Positions 11,550-25,016 of a DNA stretch of 64,000 bases are shown piece after piece; positions within the stretch are counted from its first letter, which is position 1, and each line of letters opens with the position of its first letter. The stretch spans positions 2,418,001 through 2,482,000 of the forward strand of contig JAYWIR010000026.1 of the NCBI GenBank assembly GCA_036172245.1, in the 5' to 3' direction. The notes beneath the pieces were generated by a model, which was not told where the DNA came from, made no database searches, and saw only the letters and a list, made by a program, of their open reading frames with translations. Made by a program: the position numbers and the translations under genes. The stretch is from Raillietiella orientalis. Lineage: Eukaryota.

Positions 11550-13880
11550 TGGAGGATAGTAAGATCACAATGTGAAAACTCTATTAGTTACTGAAAGGAC
11601 GTGAAGTGAAGGGATACTTTTAGTATTAGGAGGCATATTGAGAATAGCAGACTCATACAGACAGAAATGGATCATTCGAGAAAAAGAAAGAATAGACTTT
11701 CTTATTCCAGCTGGGAAGAAATTGCGCAAAATCTGATTGTTCACTGCAGCTAAGGCGTTTCCCTGTGAATCTGGCTTACACGAAATTTATCAATCTATCC
11801 CATCTTGTATGAATCTTCAGACGCGTGTATCAACACAAAACGGATAATGCCTGTATATTATGTTGTATAGTGTTTGTTTTCTAATAAGCTGTTTTATTTT
11901 TGACTGAGTAATCTGCTTACCTGAGTTTTTACAGCAGGCAGGTGGTGGCAGATATATCTGAGGATCAGTTGCGCAAGATCCAGGGATACAAGGGGAGGAT
12001 GCAAAAAGAGAGGAAACAGTGCTTAGAGAGAACGTCCCCCGCCATCCCTTCTCCTTGAAAAGATTGAAACCTTAGGAACAATTCTAATGTTAGGTAGATT
12101 AATGAGAAGGGATGAAGGGAAAACATCGAAAATGCATCCTGTACCATTAGCTCCTCACCCTTGAGACAAAGGCACCCCTTACAATGTCCGATGATCTTTC
12201 TGGATATATCGTTTCCTACTAGAATCTACTGTATGGTTGTTGTATTTCCAGCAACTGTCGCAGACCCGGCGTGACAGTCGGAGCAGTAAAGCAGATGGAA
12301 ATATTTTTTGATCCCTTTCCGGAAAATTTTTTTGCTGCAGCTCACGTTAATTGACTTGGATAAGGAGAAGGGTTCCCTGTGAAATTCCAACAAAAGTTGT
12401 TTCCATCTAGTCCCCACGGGTACTGACCAACGGAGATGAAGAGGACAGCTTGAGGTAGTGCAGTCACCAACACACTGATGCAAAGATCCTCCAGTTTCGG
12501 TAAGAATAGTCTCGAGATGTCTTCGGAGGTGCTATCTCTGAATTATAACGTGGTATTTTCGCCGATGCATTCAGCGAGTTGCCACTTGAAGTCGTGGTTC
12601 TAATAAGAACCCGATGTGCATACTTCGGAAAAGAGTAATGAAGGAGGTGAAAGAAGATAGAAATTACCACGGAAGACAGAAAGATCCTCCAAAGAAGCAG
12701 TCTTCTACTATCTTAAGAAGTAACGATTTTTGTTCTTTTTCTGACTCTTGACCGGAATAACTATCTACAATGGTTGTTACTAGAAACTTCACACGCAGTG
12801 ATGGTTTCACTTTGTAGGCTCAGCGCTCTGCTTTATTGCACCTGCAAACCAAGCAGCCCGATTTCCAGCCCGATGGTTGGAAAAAGAAACGGAAAACAAG
12901 TAAAGGAGCGATCACTGCTGGATTGGACCTCTGCCTGATGAGCCGTCCCGCACTACTTTCTACACTGTTCTCTGAATACATTGACTAGACATACACCTAA
13001 ATCACTCTTTTTCTGGTACAAGCCATGCTTCAGAAGCAGAGACTAGTGTCAAATGAGACAACAGAGCACGCTTACAACTCTGCGGAGATCTGACTCTGTT
13101 GGGAACAATGGATTATTGGAGTCATCCTTGACACTGGAGATCCATATGCAACCGCAACTTGTTCTAAAGGAGCAGTGGCCCTCATAATTGGCATCAATGC
13201 ATTCGTCAATTCTTTTCGTGACCTTGTAGAAGCCTCGCACATCTGGATCTGCACATTCAGTCTTCTTTCTAGCCCCACTGATTCCGCCTCATATACTCTC
13301 CACTGACCGGAAGGGCAAGCAAAGAAATGAAGGGTGAATTCACACAGGAAGGAAACACAAAGCAGCAAGATGGATATAAGTTCTACAACTTCCAGAAAAC
13401 ACTAGGAATCCAAGCGAGTGTAAAGTACGCTGGAATTGCTATGTCTCTTCATCCGAATCGATCCTGGCTATCACCGTCTCTGATTTCTCGTAATTCCGAG
13501 ATTTTGAAAGAGGATAATAGAGATGAGCAAACCGTCAGAGCCCAGCAGAAGAGCCGACCGTGACAGCCATTATGATGATAAAAAATGAGGCGTCCTGTCC
13601 TGCTACAAATTTTTGGCTTTCAGAAAGGGACACATACCTAGGATGAAGAATGCATCCTTGTTAGAACCCTTATTATTTGGTATCAAGTGACGGGGACGTT
13701 TGCTTATAGCAAGAAAACTGGCTTAAAGTAACTTTGTATGTACGGCAGAAATCTTCAGGAAATTAAGATGCAATGGTCGAGACCTTTGGGCAACATGGAA
13801 ATGTAAGACATTAGAATTATGATCTGGAACTTCTCGGATGGATGTTCTAGAAGCTATGAGTTGCAGCTGAAATCATTCCC
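11550..13880 (+). mobile_element. Highly degenerate BEL/Pao LTR retrotransposon fragments (integrase-like piece, then protease-like piece)
   Basis: Frameshifted traces: GILLVLGGILR (~GLLRVGGRL), QVVADISEDQL (~QLMADLPEDRL), VGAVKQM, PSSPHG, FPARWLEKE (~FWxRWxxEY), then VILDTG and YELQL; numerous stops. Confidence 0.4.
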
Positions 13881-15406
13881 GACTGGCACAGATAACTACT
13901 AGAAAGTAGTACTAACTACTCACACTTAGTACTAACCGTTAGCTTAAGTGTCGAAACTAAATGCAAGTTCTTTTGCTTGTTCAGAAAGTGTTTCAAAAAC
14001 ATTGTCTACACAGACTTTCAAGGTATCTTTTTTCATTCATCATTAACACAGTTAATAAAAACCAACACCAATGCCCACGTTGGTGTTGATTTTTCTTTTT
14101 TGTGTGTGTGGGGGGACAGTCCAGAAACAAATCTAGGCAGTGTCTACATCATTGGATACAAATCAGTAGGAGGCATCACTTCAATTTCGTCAAATACGTG
14201 CCAAAAAAAAGTACCACATGAGTAATCTTTAATTACAAAAGCCGAATCTAGTCAGTTCCTGAGATGGGATTTTTAATACGCCAGGGATGAAAAGCTTGCA
14301 TCGTGCATCACCACAAAAAAGGCGCACATGTTGCAGACATTTGGATACAACACAGGCACCTTTCCTTATTTGTGATGAGATGTAAATTAAATTATTCAAT
14401 ACAATTAAAGCCTTTCGTTTATCAATGTTTCGTTGTGGAAATTCAAAATGTCCAATACATTAAACACAAAAATCTCAGCTTCTTGCATCATACATTCATG
14501 TCACCCCCCACAAGGCAAAGGCAGGTTTCTTGTGAAAACAGCCAAGCGTTCTAGCAAACAAAGTTAAAGTTGGTTAATAAAAATCGGAAATTCACTTAAA
14601 GTGCTACGTGATTTATTAAAAACATGTGATGCAATGGCTTCACAGTAACCATCAACTTTGTGAGAATTGGTATTTCATGTATAATCACAAATTTATACAT
14701 CTACAACCAGACTCATAGGAAACAAGAAAGAAAGAAATAGGCTAAAATAAAAACAAATACTGAAGTGAAATTGAGAATAATGAAGGAAAACAAAGAGAAG
14801 TACTTCTTGTGCATACTCTAGGATACCTTCACATAGGGACCAGCATTAAATTGAAGAATCAGTAACCAAACACATCAGTTTATTACAGAGGAAACTAGAT
14901 TTAAGGGAAAATCAGCATGCCTGTGGGATTCTGGATGCTGTAGGAGTGCTGTATGATATTGATATTATTTCAATATTATTAAATATGTTATGTGTACTTA
15001 CATGTGAAATATTTGCAAACTGCCTGCAATATAATATAGAAATAGGAGTTTCCTTTTAAAATCCAAATGCGAAAATTATGAAAGCTCAAGTTTCGATGCC
15101 AGTGTTAGTACTACTCCAAAATGATACAATAAGCACTTATGAGGAAGAATAAAGTTTCATGCATGCCTCCAGACTTCAATGAAAATTCATGACATATCAT
15201 ATTCCATTATTTGCTTTTTTTTAAACAAAAACCAAAACAATATGAATTGCTTTTGAAAAGTCTTGGGGGTCCAAACAATCATTTCAAATGAGTTGATTAA
15301 AGTTTATAGTAGTTTGGAATAAAAGATCAGTAATAAACGTTATTGCGTTGTAATAAACGCATTTTAAAGACAAATGTGATTTAATATTGAGTCAATAATA
15401 GTTGTG

Positions 15407-18400
15407 TCACAGTAGTCCCTGACTAAGAATTTCGTATATCATTCTTTTACGGAAATAAGGCATGTGATGTTGTGTAAAAGTAATCTTAACATTCCTGCTG
15501 ATGTACTCAGCATATTTACATGTAAACATCCCACAATCACTTCCATTCATTTGAAAAGGAATGTCCTGAAAAACAATAAGCTGACAGAAAATGCAAACAA
15601 GTACTTACTTTGGCAACTTTTGTTTTCCATTTATCTACATCTAAAACTACCTTTTTCTTGTCCAAACTTTCAGAAGCTAAATATCCTAGTAGTAAGGACA
15701 AACATTTTGGATTACTTCCACCCATGCTGTCATAGTAAGTGATACATTTTTCATCAATGTTAATCACAGCTAAGCACCAATGCATTCCCAGATGTACTGG
15801 TATGAAAATCAAGTTGTGTGAGAATAAATCTACCTATATGGAAATAGACATTCTTTTAAAAACAGTCAACACATTTACTTTACGAGTCCATCTACGAACT
15901 GCACTATAGCCACCAGATAACAAACGAGGATAGAAAAATGTTGTAGCAGCATACACACATGGAAGCTCCTTTTGTTGGCTTCGTTGCATCAGCATACAGA
16001 AATAGAAATTAATGACCTAATAGATATGTTAGATATCTCAGTAAACATGGATATTCCAACCTGATCATTAAGCCAATTTAAACCTGTCAGAGTTTGCAGG
16101 TCTTTGCAGCTGATCTTAATATCAAATTTTTCACTCAATATTGTCTCTACAGGTCTTACTCGTAAGGCTAATGATATTTTAGACTAAAGGAGATATCTGA
16201 TCCTGTATGTTTTCTAGATTACTTTACCTCCATTTGCTCAGTAATCTCAACAAAAGTGTCCTTTTTTTCAGACACTTCTATCTCACATGGCATAAATTCT
16301 CGGATCTTAAGAATCCGCCGAAATCGTGATTCAAGATTTTCTCCAATTGCAGAACCATTTTCTGCCAAGATTTTCTTTTTTAATTTTTCCTGCTCAATAG
16401 CTCTGGCTCTGTTTTGAAATTTGTTGTTGTATTCTGCAAGTCTAAACAATAGATGCCAATATTTCTTCATACATCCAGAGATCTTACAAATTTTGGATCC
16501 ATTTATCGCTATACACATATCGAGTTTGCAACATGCTTTCCAGTGTATTGGGTTTTACAACAGAATTACGCTGTTTTGTGGAAGGAGCTAAGCCTAAGCA
16601 ATTTGTGGAATCATAAAATAACAGTCAAGAAATAAAACTTACTTGGTAGTGCCTCTTTTTGATGATCCTCTTCATTAACATTCCGTGACACTGCACTAAT
16701 GAACTCCGGATGATTTGGAAAGGCTGATGAAACTCTGTAATTGAAAGTTTTTTTGTTGTTGTTGAAAAAAAGCACCTGAGATTTTATGCTTCAGTGCCAT
16801 GACAGCAGTTGATTAAAAAACTAAGCTCACTTGCCTTTTACAATCAAATAATGTCTTCTTCCTGATAAATTGGTTCTCTTGAGAAAACAATAAGGGGTTG
16901 GAAACTTGTTTTAATAACTGATGATACTTTTGTTTTTCTTCAAGACGCACACACTAAATGAAATAACAACAATTTTCAAAAATATAATTTATATCATACT
17001 TGCATCTCTTGATGCATTCCAGTGGGTGAGTAATTCAGTTTTGGGTTTTCTTTCACCACATACCTGAGTAAGAACACATGAATCATCGTGCGTTTTTTGA
17101 CCAAACTTTGACATGGTAAAAGAAATTTTGGAAGTATTCACAGTATTTGCTTTAAGTATATGTTCAAAACTAGGTGATTGTTCTGCTTGAATTTTGTCAA
17201 ATGACATACCACTAAATATCAACTTTTCTGAGAGATGTGAATTAAATAATTCATTGTAAAATATCCAGTACCATTGACTTGTAAAGGGTTTTCCTTCATA
17301 ACAACTATATCTGATGCCACATGAAATGAGGTCTCCTTGGTTTGCTGCAATGATGATTGTTGTGATGTTAATGATCCATCATGACTATTTTTCTTAATGA
17401 AATGGCTATCTGACCTTGGAGTTATACTACTACAGGTAGGAAAAGAAATTTCTCCCAAATATTCAATTTCATCATCATCCTACAGAATAAGATGAACTAA
17501 CACATAATCTTAGATTAAGTTTGATGTTACCTTTTGGGAATGAGAACTGCTGCTGGAAACTAGCATTGTTGATGGAGAATGCACCTGATTTGATTTTGTT
17601 TCTTTGTTGCATGCTTCAAACACACATTCATATTAAAATTAGAAAAATCAATGTACCACACATACAACAGGGATAAATTTGGATTTCAAATCACACATCC
17701 ACAAACCATGCAAACACTATCAAAAATAGATAATAATGCCAAATGCACTCATCCATATTGTAAAGTTTTTAGAAATCCTCCAAAATCACTTATTAAAATG
17801 CAGAAAACACTTGGAAAGTTAACTACTTTTCAAGAGTGCATCCCGATCCTCAACGAAAATGGAAACTCCTGATATCGTATGCTACCAAGAGTTCACCAAG
17901 TCTAGTATCAATCTACTTAAAACAGCTAAATTGCCTCTGATATTTAATTAAGAACTGTACTCTCCCCAGATTCTAGGCTGAATCCTTTAAATTGCTAATT
18001 AATATACAAACCACACATGCATCACAAAATTATTATAATACCATTGTGAAACAAACTATATAGAACTTAACAAAAGCGTAAAAAAATTCAAATCAACTTA
18101 CTTGAAAAATCAAAGCTTTTTCTAGGTTTCTTGAAGAATACATAGCTATCTTTCACAGCAGATCCATTGTCATTACTGAAAAATAAATTACTATTTCAAA
18201 AAACAAAGATAAAAAACTCCTCAGAACATATACATCATTAAAAATCATTTTAAATAATTTCAATCAGTATAACCAAATGTAAACTATCAAATAAAAACCT
18301 TAAAACCTAATCATTACATTAATTCGTACATAAACAACAAGATCATGAAAACTGACTCTCATGAAAAAATAACATAAGCATACATCAATATATTTTGTAA

Positions 18401-19309
18401 TTAGCAATACCAACGAACCTCTGATTTTAGTAGAAACTTTTTAAAAATTATTATGGCAATTTTCAATCTTACTCTTGAAAAATGTGACCAAACTTTTAAC
18501 GATTTATGCCATACAATTTCAGTACATCCCAAATTTTTTGAACTACTCAAATTGCTAGTGCTAGTGCTAGAGGAAAATCAAATGCAACAAATATCAAGGA
18601 AATAAGCTATGTCGGAGTACATTTTTTTCTTAACCAAATCTTTAAAAGCAATCATGTCGATAATTAACAGAAAAAACATGCCTCACAATTAGCAGGGGGT
18701 ATTATAACAAAATTATCAACCAAACAACTAGTAAAGATGGTCAAAGTTAATCACTTTGTGAATTTACGAAATAATAATTTCATTAATTGGTGGTCAATGA
18801 CTTGAACTATTGTTTACTTCCAAGAGCTTAATTGGATGCAACCAATCACAAGAGTTCACGAAAATTAATTCATAGTTTCATGATGAAGTGCAAAAAATAA
18901 TAAAATCAGCACTTTGTGGGAAAATAACACAACATACATGATTAATAAAAAAAAAAAATTTTTTAACTTTATGTTTTCTTAAAACTAACCACTGAACATA
19001 GGCTCACATTTTACATTTTATATATACGATAACACAAACGACAAAAAATATCAATTAATAATTAATGTTTAATGCTGTTAGATTTCCTTCAACATATGTA
19101 CAAAATTACAAGGAATGTAAAATCATACAGTTAATTCTTTCAACTTATTTCTATAAAGCTACTGCTAATCAAACGTACTATTTAAACAGAAAAAGGCATA
19201 AAAAATTTGCTTACGTATTCACGTCAACTTTTCTTTTTCTAATTTCCGGAGAACTACATTTTCCATACAGAAGATTCTTTATTATTTCAATCCAATCAAA
19301 CATCAGCAT
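15407..19309 (-). CDS. Sentrin/SUMO-specific protease, SENP1/SENP2 type (Ulp1/C48), ~13 exons
   Basis: Catalytic domain [48 protein letters not shown] (His), YYDSMGG (Asp), [16 protein letters not shown] (Cys), ending [18 protein letters not shown] (TGA 15409-15407). First exon 19309-19215 [20 protein letters not shown] joins in phase; middle low-complexity exons are less certain. Confidence 0.93.
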
Positions 19310-21399
19310 TCAAGATAGTAAAAAATTATTTAAAATGTACACACTTCAAGCAGTAATCATGTATTACTTATTACTTGGATTTGGGGCTCTCTTACACTTC
19401 GTTTGAACCAACAGAACATATGTTACATTTTCTCGTTCGAATTTAATTCAAGGAAATTAGAATGCTGTTGTGTTTCAATGAAATATCTGCATAACGTAGA
19501 CTCTTGGTGTTAAAACTGAAAGTACACACTTCTCAATACGCTGTTCAATACTAGAATAAGTTTGTAACCACACTTGAATAATTCATTTTTTGAAACTTCA
19601 ATTTGTCTAGCAACTAACACGCAACCGTAAAGACATCCTCGAAATACATAAACATACACGTAGAATTACAGATGCTATTTCCAGAAATTAATCGTACGTG
19701 CTTTCTCAATGAACAAGGCGCTTTCACTTTAACATTCCAAATGTGAAAAACCTTTAATGGTCTGCAAACTCAAGTGTACAAAAGCTTTCTTGCATTAGCA
19801 CAAAATAGCAACCAATTAATCCATCCTAAATAACAAGGCAAAAATATTGCATTATTCCATTAAGATAATCGTCTATCATCTTAATGTAAATATGACAACA
19901 GAAACCACTTCACAAATTGAAGTGCACAAAATAGGTAAAAAGCACTTCAACAGGATAAAAATATACGAATGCACACAGTTCAACACAATTAAGTGAAATA
20001 TCTGGTGCAATCTTAAATCATTTAACGAGCTAATTACTGAATATTGTAACGTATGATAATGCTCCATTTATCATATTCCAAAATCGTTTGCTGCTTTCCT
20101 AACGTTTTCAGCGCAATCCTTTCAGCGAAATAAGTGTTACCAGCTCTATTGGGAAAGTGAAAATTACTACATTATCATTGTTTAGCAATGATAATGCAGC
20201 AACCCTTTTTTGATGCCCTTCTAACTTTTAGGCGCAAAACTCATGAGAATAAACAACATCATTTTATTTGAAATCAAAATGAGATACAATATCTCTATTG
20301 GCACATTCTATCTGGTAGCTATTTGATTGACTAACATGATAAAGAGATGGACTATTCCAATCAAATCTAATCAAAATATGAAAAGTTTCGTATTCGGCTC
20401 TTATGGTTCAGAAATTATTAATGATGACTAAGCTTCATGTTGCAAGTAGCCTTTACTGGCTTTGTGATACATATATAATCAAGATTCGAGCAGTAGAAAA
20501 TAATGCGTTTTGTTCAGCTCAAACCAAATACAAACCAGAGCTGTGTCACAATATTAACTTTGGGAACTAATACTCAGGAACTCTAGAAGAAGGAACATGC
20601 AACCTGGAAGCTAACTAGAAATCAATATTACTTGAATGGCCATAAAAAACAGATAATTTACCTTGTGGCTGAAGCAGAACACAAAACTGTTCTCACGATG
20701 GATTGAAAATACTAAATAAGCACCATAAATCAGTAAAGAGAAATTGATATTGAATGCATTCCAGAAATGATGCAAAATTGAAAAAAAAAGAAACTTTCTT
20801 AAACTGTATACTATTTTTCTCATTTAAGTTCTTAGTTTTCAACTTTGTGCAACGAAGCTCACATCCAAAGCTCACATCCAAGCTTCAAACTTCCTTATTT
20901 CATGAAATATATTTAATTCAGGTTCGAATGAATTTTGATTTCCCAAGTCTTTTTTCTGAAAATTTAATTGAGAGAGAATAAATTGTAGAGAGCTAAAATA
21001 CCATTCTCATTTTTCTCTAAAATCGTAACTTGTGGTAATTTCTGTTAATCCAGTTGCACGAATTTCTCAACTAGGACACCAAAAGGTGAAAAAGCACCAA
21101 AAACATGAAAAATCTGGATCTCCAATCATTCATTATTATGGGTAAGTCATAAAGAAAACATTTCGTTCTTTAAGTTTTAAGTTTTGGAACATTTTTCATT
21201 ATTCAGGAATGCTCCAAATTTAACTCAAGTTCCAAATTGGACAATTGGAATTCGAAACTATCAACTTCATCATAAATGTGGTTAAATATGAGATGTTTAT
21301 AAATCCAGCTCAATCAATGGTAGAATCTGTCTGGAATTCACGATTTTACAAGTCTTAGTACCTGGCATTTGTTTTCTCTTAGGCATGATGTTTATTTGT

Positions 21400-22760
21400 C
21401 AGTGTTCATATCCATAGGTTTTTTGTATATAGCTTGAAAAACAGTTTCTATGTGCTTGTCCATCTATCAAATATGCATCGTTAAGATGCTAATTTGCCAT
21501 TTGGATGCTAAATTCACTACTGGATGGGGTTCTTACTAACTGCATTATACAGGAAATTAGTACTAGCATTATCTTTAAGAGCGTAGAAAAGTTAAAGATA
21601 TGTTAAAGATATTGTTTCCTCAAACTGTTTCTTTATAAAAATATATTTATCATTCTTGCACATTAAGATTGCATTATCAGAGACATAAATCCTTGATTAC
21701 AACAGAATCCACTGCTTCCACGGCTTCTTTAGACATGCATGCTCCCGCTCACTTTTTGATCTTTTCTCTGCTGTTGCCAGCTCATTGAAAAGATCAATAA
21801 GCAGGAACTGTAGATTGCACTCATTATCCTATGCAGAAAAGATTTGCCAACTCAATTGTTTTTTTAGAAACCTTCCATAATGTTTACAATGCCTGCGATC
21901 TTCTATCTAGATAGATATAAATAGCAATTGAAAGAATCACCAAATAAGAAAAGGGAAGTATTAGAACAAATATATCACAATAACTTGAGCCCCAAACTTG
22001 CTATATTATTAACAGAATTCAAAACAAATTGCTAGACAACTTCTTAAAAGAATAAATTTCAAGGACTATTAAACATATTATGAGAGTATTTTCTTGTAAT
22101 CATCATGTCCAATGGTCTCAAAACCAAGAAAAGTAAAAGAATATTCTTGAAAGAAAATTATGAATGAATAAAATAAACATATAAACAAGATACAAAATTC
22201 AGCATATAAAATTAGCATCTTGATCCCACAAGTCTTCACTTCAAGAAAATGAGTTTCATTAAAAGATTCAAAATTCATCTTATAATAGTCATGAAACGTT
22301 TCATGGGCAGGGAAATGTTTTGTTATTCTTGCCAATGGGGAAGTGATAAAACCATTCAAGTCGAGAAATATATCAAGTTATTGCTATGGATTTTGCAATT
22401 TTATGAAACACCTTCGATATGATACTAGAAATAGATTTGAAAAGGCAAATATGTCCATGATAACTGTGCTTGGAAACAAGAACCGTCATTTAATATTTTC
22501 CATAACTCTGGTAAAGCATGTAAAGTATGGAACAGAGACCAATAAAAAATGATTGCCGCAATGGATCTGATGAAATTTTTAGAAATATAAAGCCATTTTC
22601 AGAAGGTAGGAAAATGTTTTTGGTACAGTAAGGTTGAAATGAAAGTTCCATATTACCGTGCAATTCTCACTGAGAGATCTGTGCGTTTGTAGCTATTCAT
22701 ATGAGCAAGCGGAGAACACCTAAGTATTTTTATGTGATGGCGCATGATGACTTTGATACA
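21400..22760 (+). mobile_element. Decayed hAT-like DNA transposase remnant
   Basis: Ordered traces of hAT motifs with frameshifts and stops: CAC(H)LSN (~CxAHxLNL), LLLDM, LDP, and FWY...P..ASGE (~dimerization domain). Confidence 0.3.
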
Positions 22761-23269
22761 GGTTCATGATATGAGATCTTTAAAAAAATCAATGAAAATT
22801 GGTTCGATACGTTGGTGTATTAAAAACTATGAGTCTACGTTCTCATTTATGGCATTAGCCACTTGCTTTTGTTTCAGTGATTCGTATAGATAATGATCGT
22901 CTTGATTATAATGCGCACATCTTTACAGCTGATAAGTGGAGCTAGTGCCTGCCACTGAGACTCTGAAAATCGTACTAGATAGATTAATATAGGATCAGCT
23001 TTGGTTTGACTCAATTTGCGGATTCACATCACTCAATCAGGGCACCAGTCATGCATATGTTACTGAATAAAAGTGCTTACTGAATAAATGTACAGCTGGT
23101 AAATAGTTTTCTTCGATACATGCACCAAGGAACGCATTTTCACCTTTGTACACCTTTGTCAGTCTTCCTTTTGCAGCGAACACCACTGCAAAGTCTCAGT
23201 CAGATTACGTGAGCTTCTAAGGATCGAATGGGTATATCTAAGCAAACTTCAAGTATTTGACAGCAATTC

Positions 23270-23620
23270 TAAGCTTTCGAAATACCTAATGAGTGAAACT
23301 GAGCCTGTTGAGAATGCATACTGCAGCGAGGAAAACAAAAAGCTTCTGGAGAGTTTGGAACCTCTTGTATCATCATCGGGTGGGAAGTATCGACGAGATG
23401 GTGGTGTAAGGCAAGATAGCGTTGTAGACCAGCGGTAGAGTGCTTGGAGTGTAGGAAATGGTAACAGTAGAAGGACATGATTCTGAAACCAACAGAGCAG
23501 AATTTGGAGTTGGGTAAAGGTGGAAAGGGACGATGACTAGTTGAAGCGGCAGGTGGTATTGTTCAGGTCAGACAACCCATAGAAGGCATTGAAAACAAGT
23601 TCAAAGATATTTGCTGATGT
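23270..23620 (-). mobile_element. Possible LINE (L2/CR1 clade) ORF2 C-terminal remnant
   Basis: Minus strand is C-rich and reads ..SFYCY..FCFPRCSMHSQQAQF, resembling the C-terminal tail of L2/CR1 ORF2; stops present. Confidence 0.25.
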
Positions 23621-25016
23621 TGCACAGAGATTGGTTAATATGTGCGATGAATAAAAATGTCATAAATGTGTCATTCAATATCATATTGACATCATTTCGA
23701 TGTGCTGAATGGAGATTGTACGAAAAATGAAAAGTTAGTGTGCTTTCTGATGATGCAATGAAGATTTTGTTATGTATTGGAGGTTTAGCAGTAATTTGGT
23801 TTATTTGATAATTGAAACTGTCTTTTGTATTGTGTGACAGCACGCGTTCATATTATGTTAGAAATGGGTTTGGATTTTTCTTTTAAGATCTTTGATGTTT
23901 GGTTAAACATTTAATCTTTACCCTTGAGTGAGTTAATCAGTTTTCCATGGCGGAACACTTTGGAGTTTGAAAAAGCTATAAGCTGCAAATCATTTTTACC
24001 TTGGAATTCACCAGAACAGTTAGCAGTTCCCAATCCAAAGATATCGTTTTGAACGAGCCATTTGTCTTTTAGAAATCCCGTGACCTTTTTGCGAATCGTA
24101 CATGTTCTATGTTTTTGATGACTGTATTACCGATCTTACATCACGGCAGTTTGTAGCAGAAGGACGGTGGTGATGGTAAGTTTTTTTTTGCAAACGGCAA
24201 CTTCTGAAGGTTATGTGTTTGTCGAAGAATATGAATCGTGATTTTGTCACAGATAACGAACGAACCACACTGAAGACCCCATCACGCGCATCGCATTTGG
24301 TGAGGGCAGTGACGTAAGCATTCGTACGCACCTACTCATCCGCTGAAGGACCGCATTCCGTGGCTATCGCGATGCGTGCTGTTCCGGTAGTGCACGCTTC
24401 GTGTTCGAGCATAATTTTGTAACATCCCATGCAAGTTGTGCAATTACGAACTGCTTCCATCCCGATGGTGTGCCTGTTCTCATGGTCGGGACTGCAAAGC
24501 ATCCCGCAGAATCGAAACGGATGCAGCAAGCCCTGGTTATGTAGAGGCATTTTTCGTCTTAATGGAGTACATGGAAATTTGCTCTTGTTGAAGTGTACTC
24601 CAACAGTTTAGGCAAAAACCTAATGAACTATGTTCCTCGAGCCCAGGATTTTGAAACTTTGCATTAAATGTGAGTTACTTACGCACCCTGATATGGATTT
24701 CAGAGATCAAGCCAAAACATGTTACATTCAATCATGGAGGCAGTAATATCAAGAATAAGTAAGTAGGAATTCCAAGAAATCATTTCGCTTCTGTTTAAAT
24801 AGATATCTAAGCATCCATACACAAAGTGACACGTGAAAATCAATATCCATCTTTGGAGGTAATGCTTTGACAAAGGTGACTGAAGGTGAGCAGCTGGTGA
24901 GTTAACTTTGAATGTCATGCCACAGTTATTTCTCAAAAGTCATGACATACGATCCTTCTAAAGTTACGGGAAAAAACTTGGCATTTTAAATATTAAAATT
25001 GTTACGCAAATTTTTT

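Noticed and set aside
16954..17003. Second obligatory GC-AG intron in the SENP gene
   Set aside because: A strong in-phase CAG|GTATGT donor exists ~60 nt upstream, so the GC donor is not required.
24100..24620. CpG-richer island with short ORFs
   Set aside because: Probably a transposon relic, but I could not recognise any motif, so no call is made.
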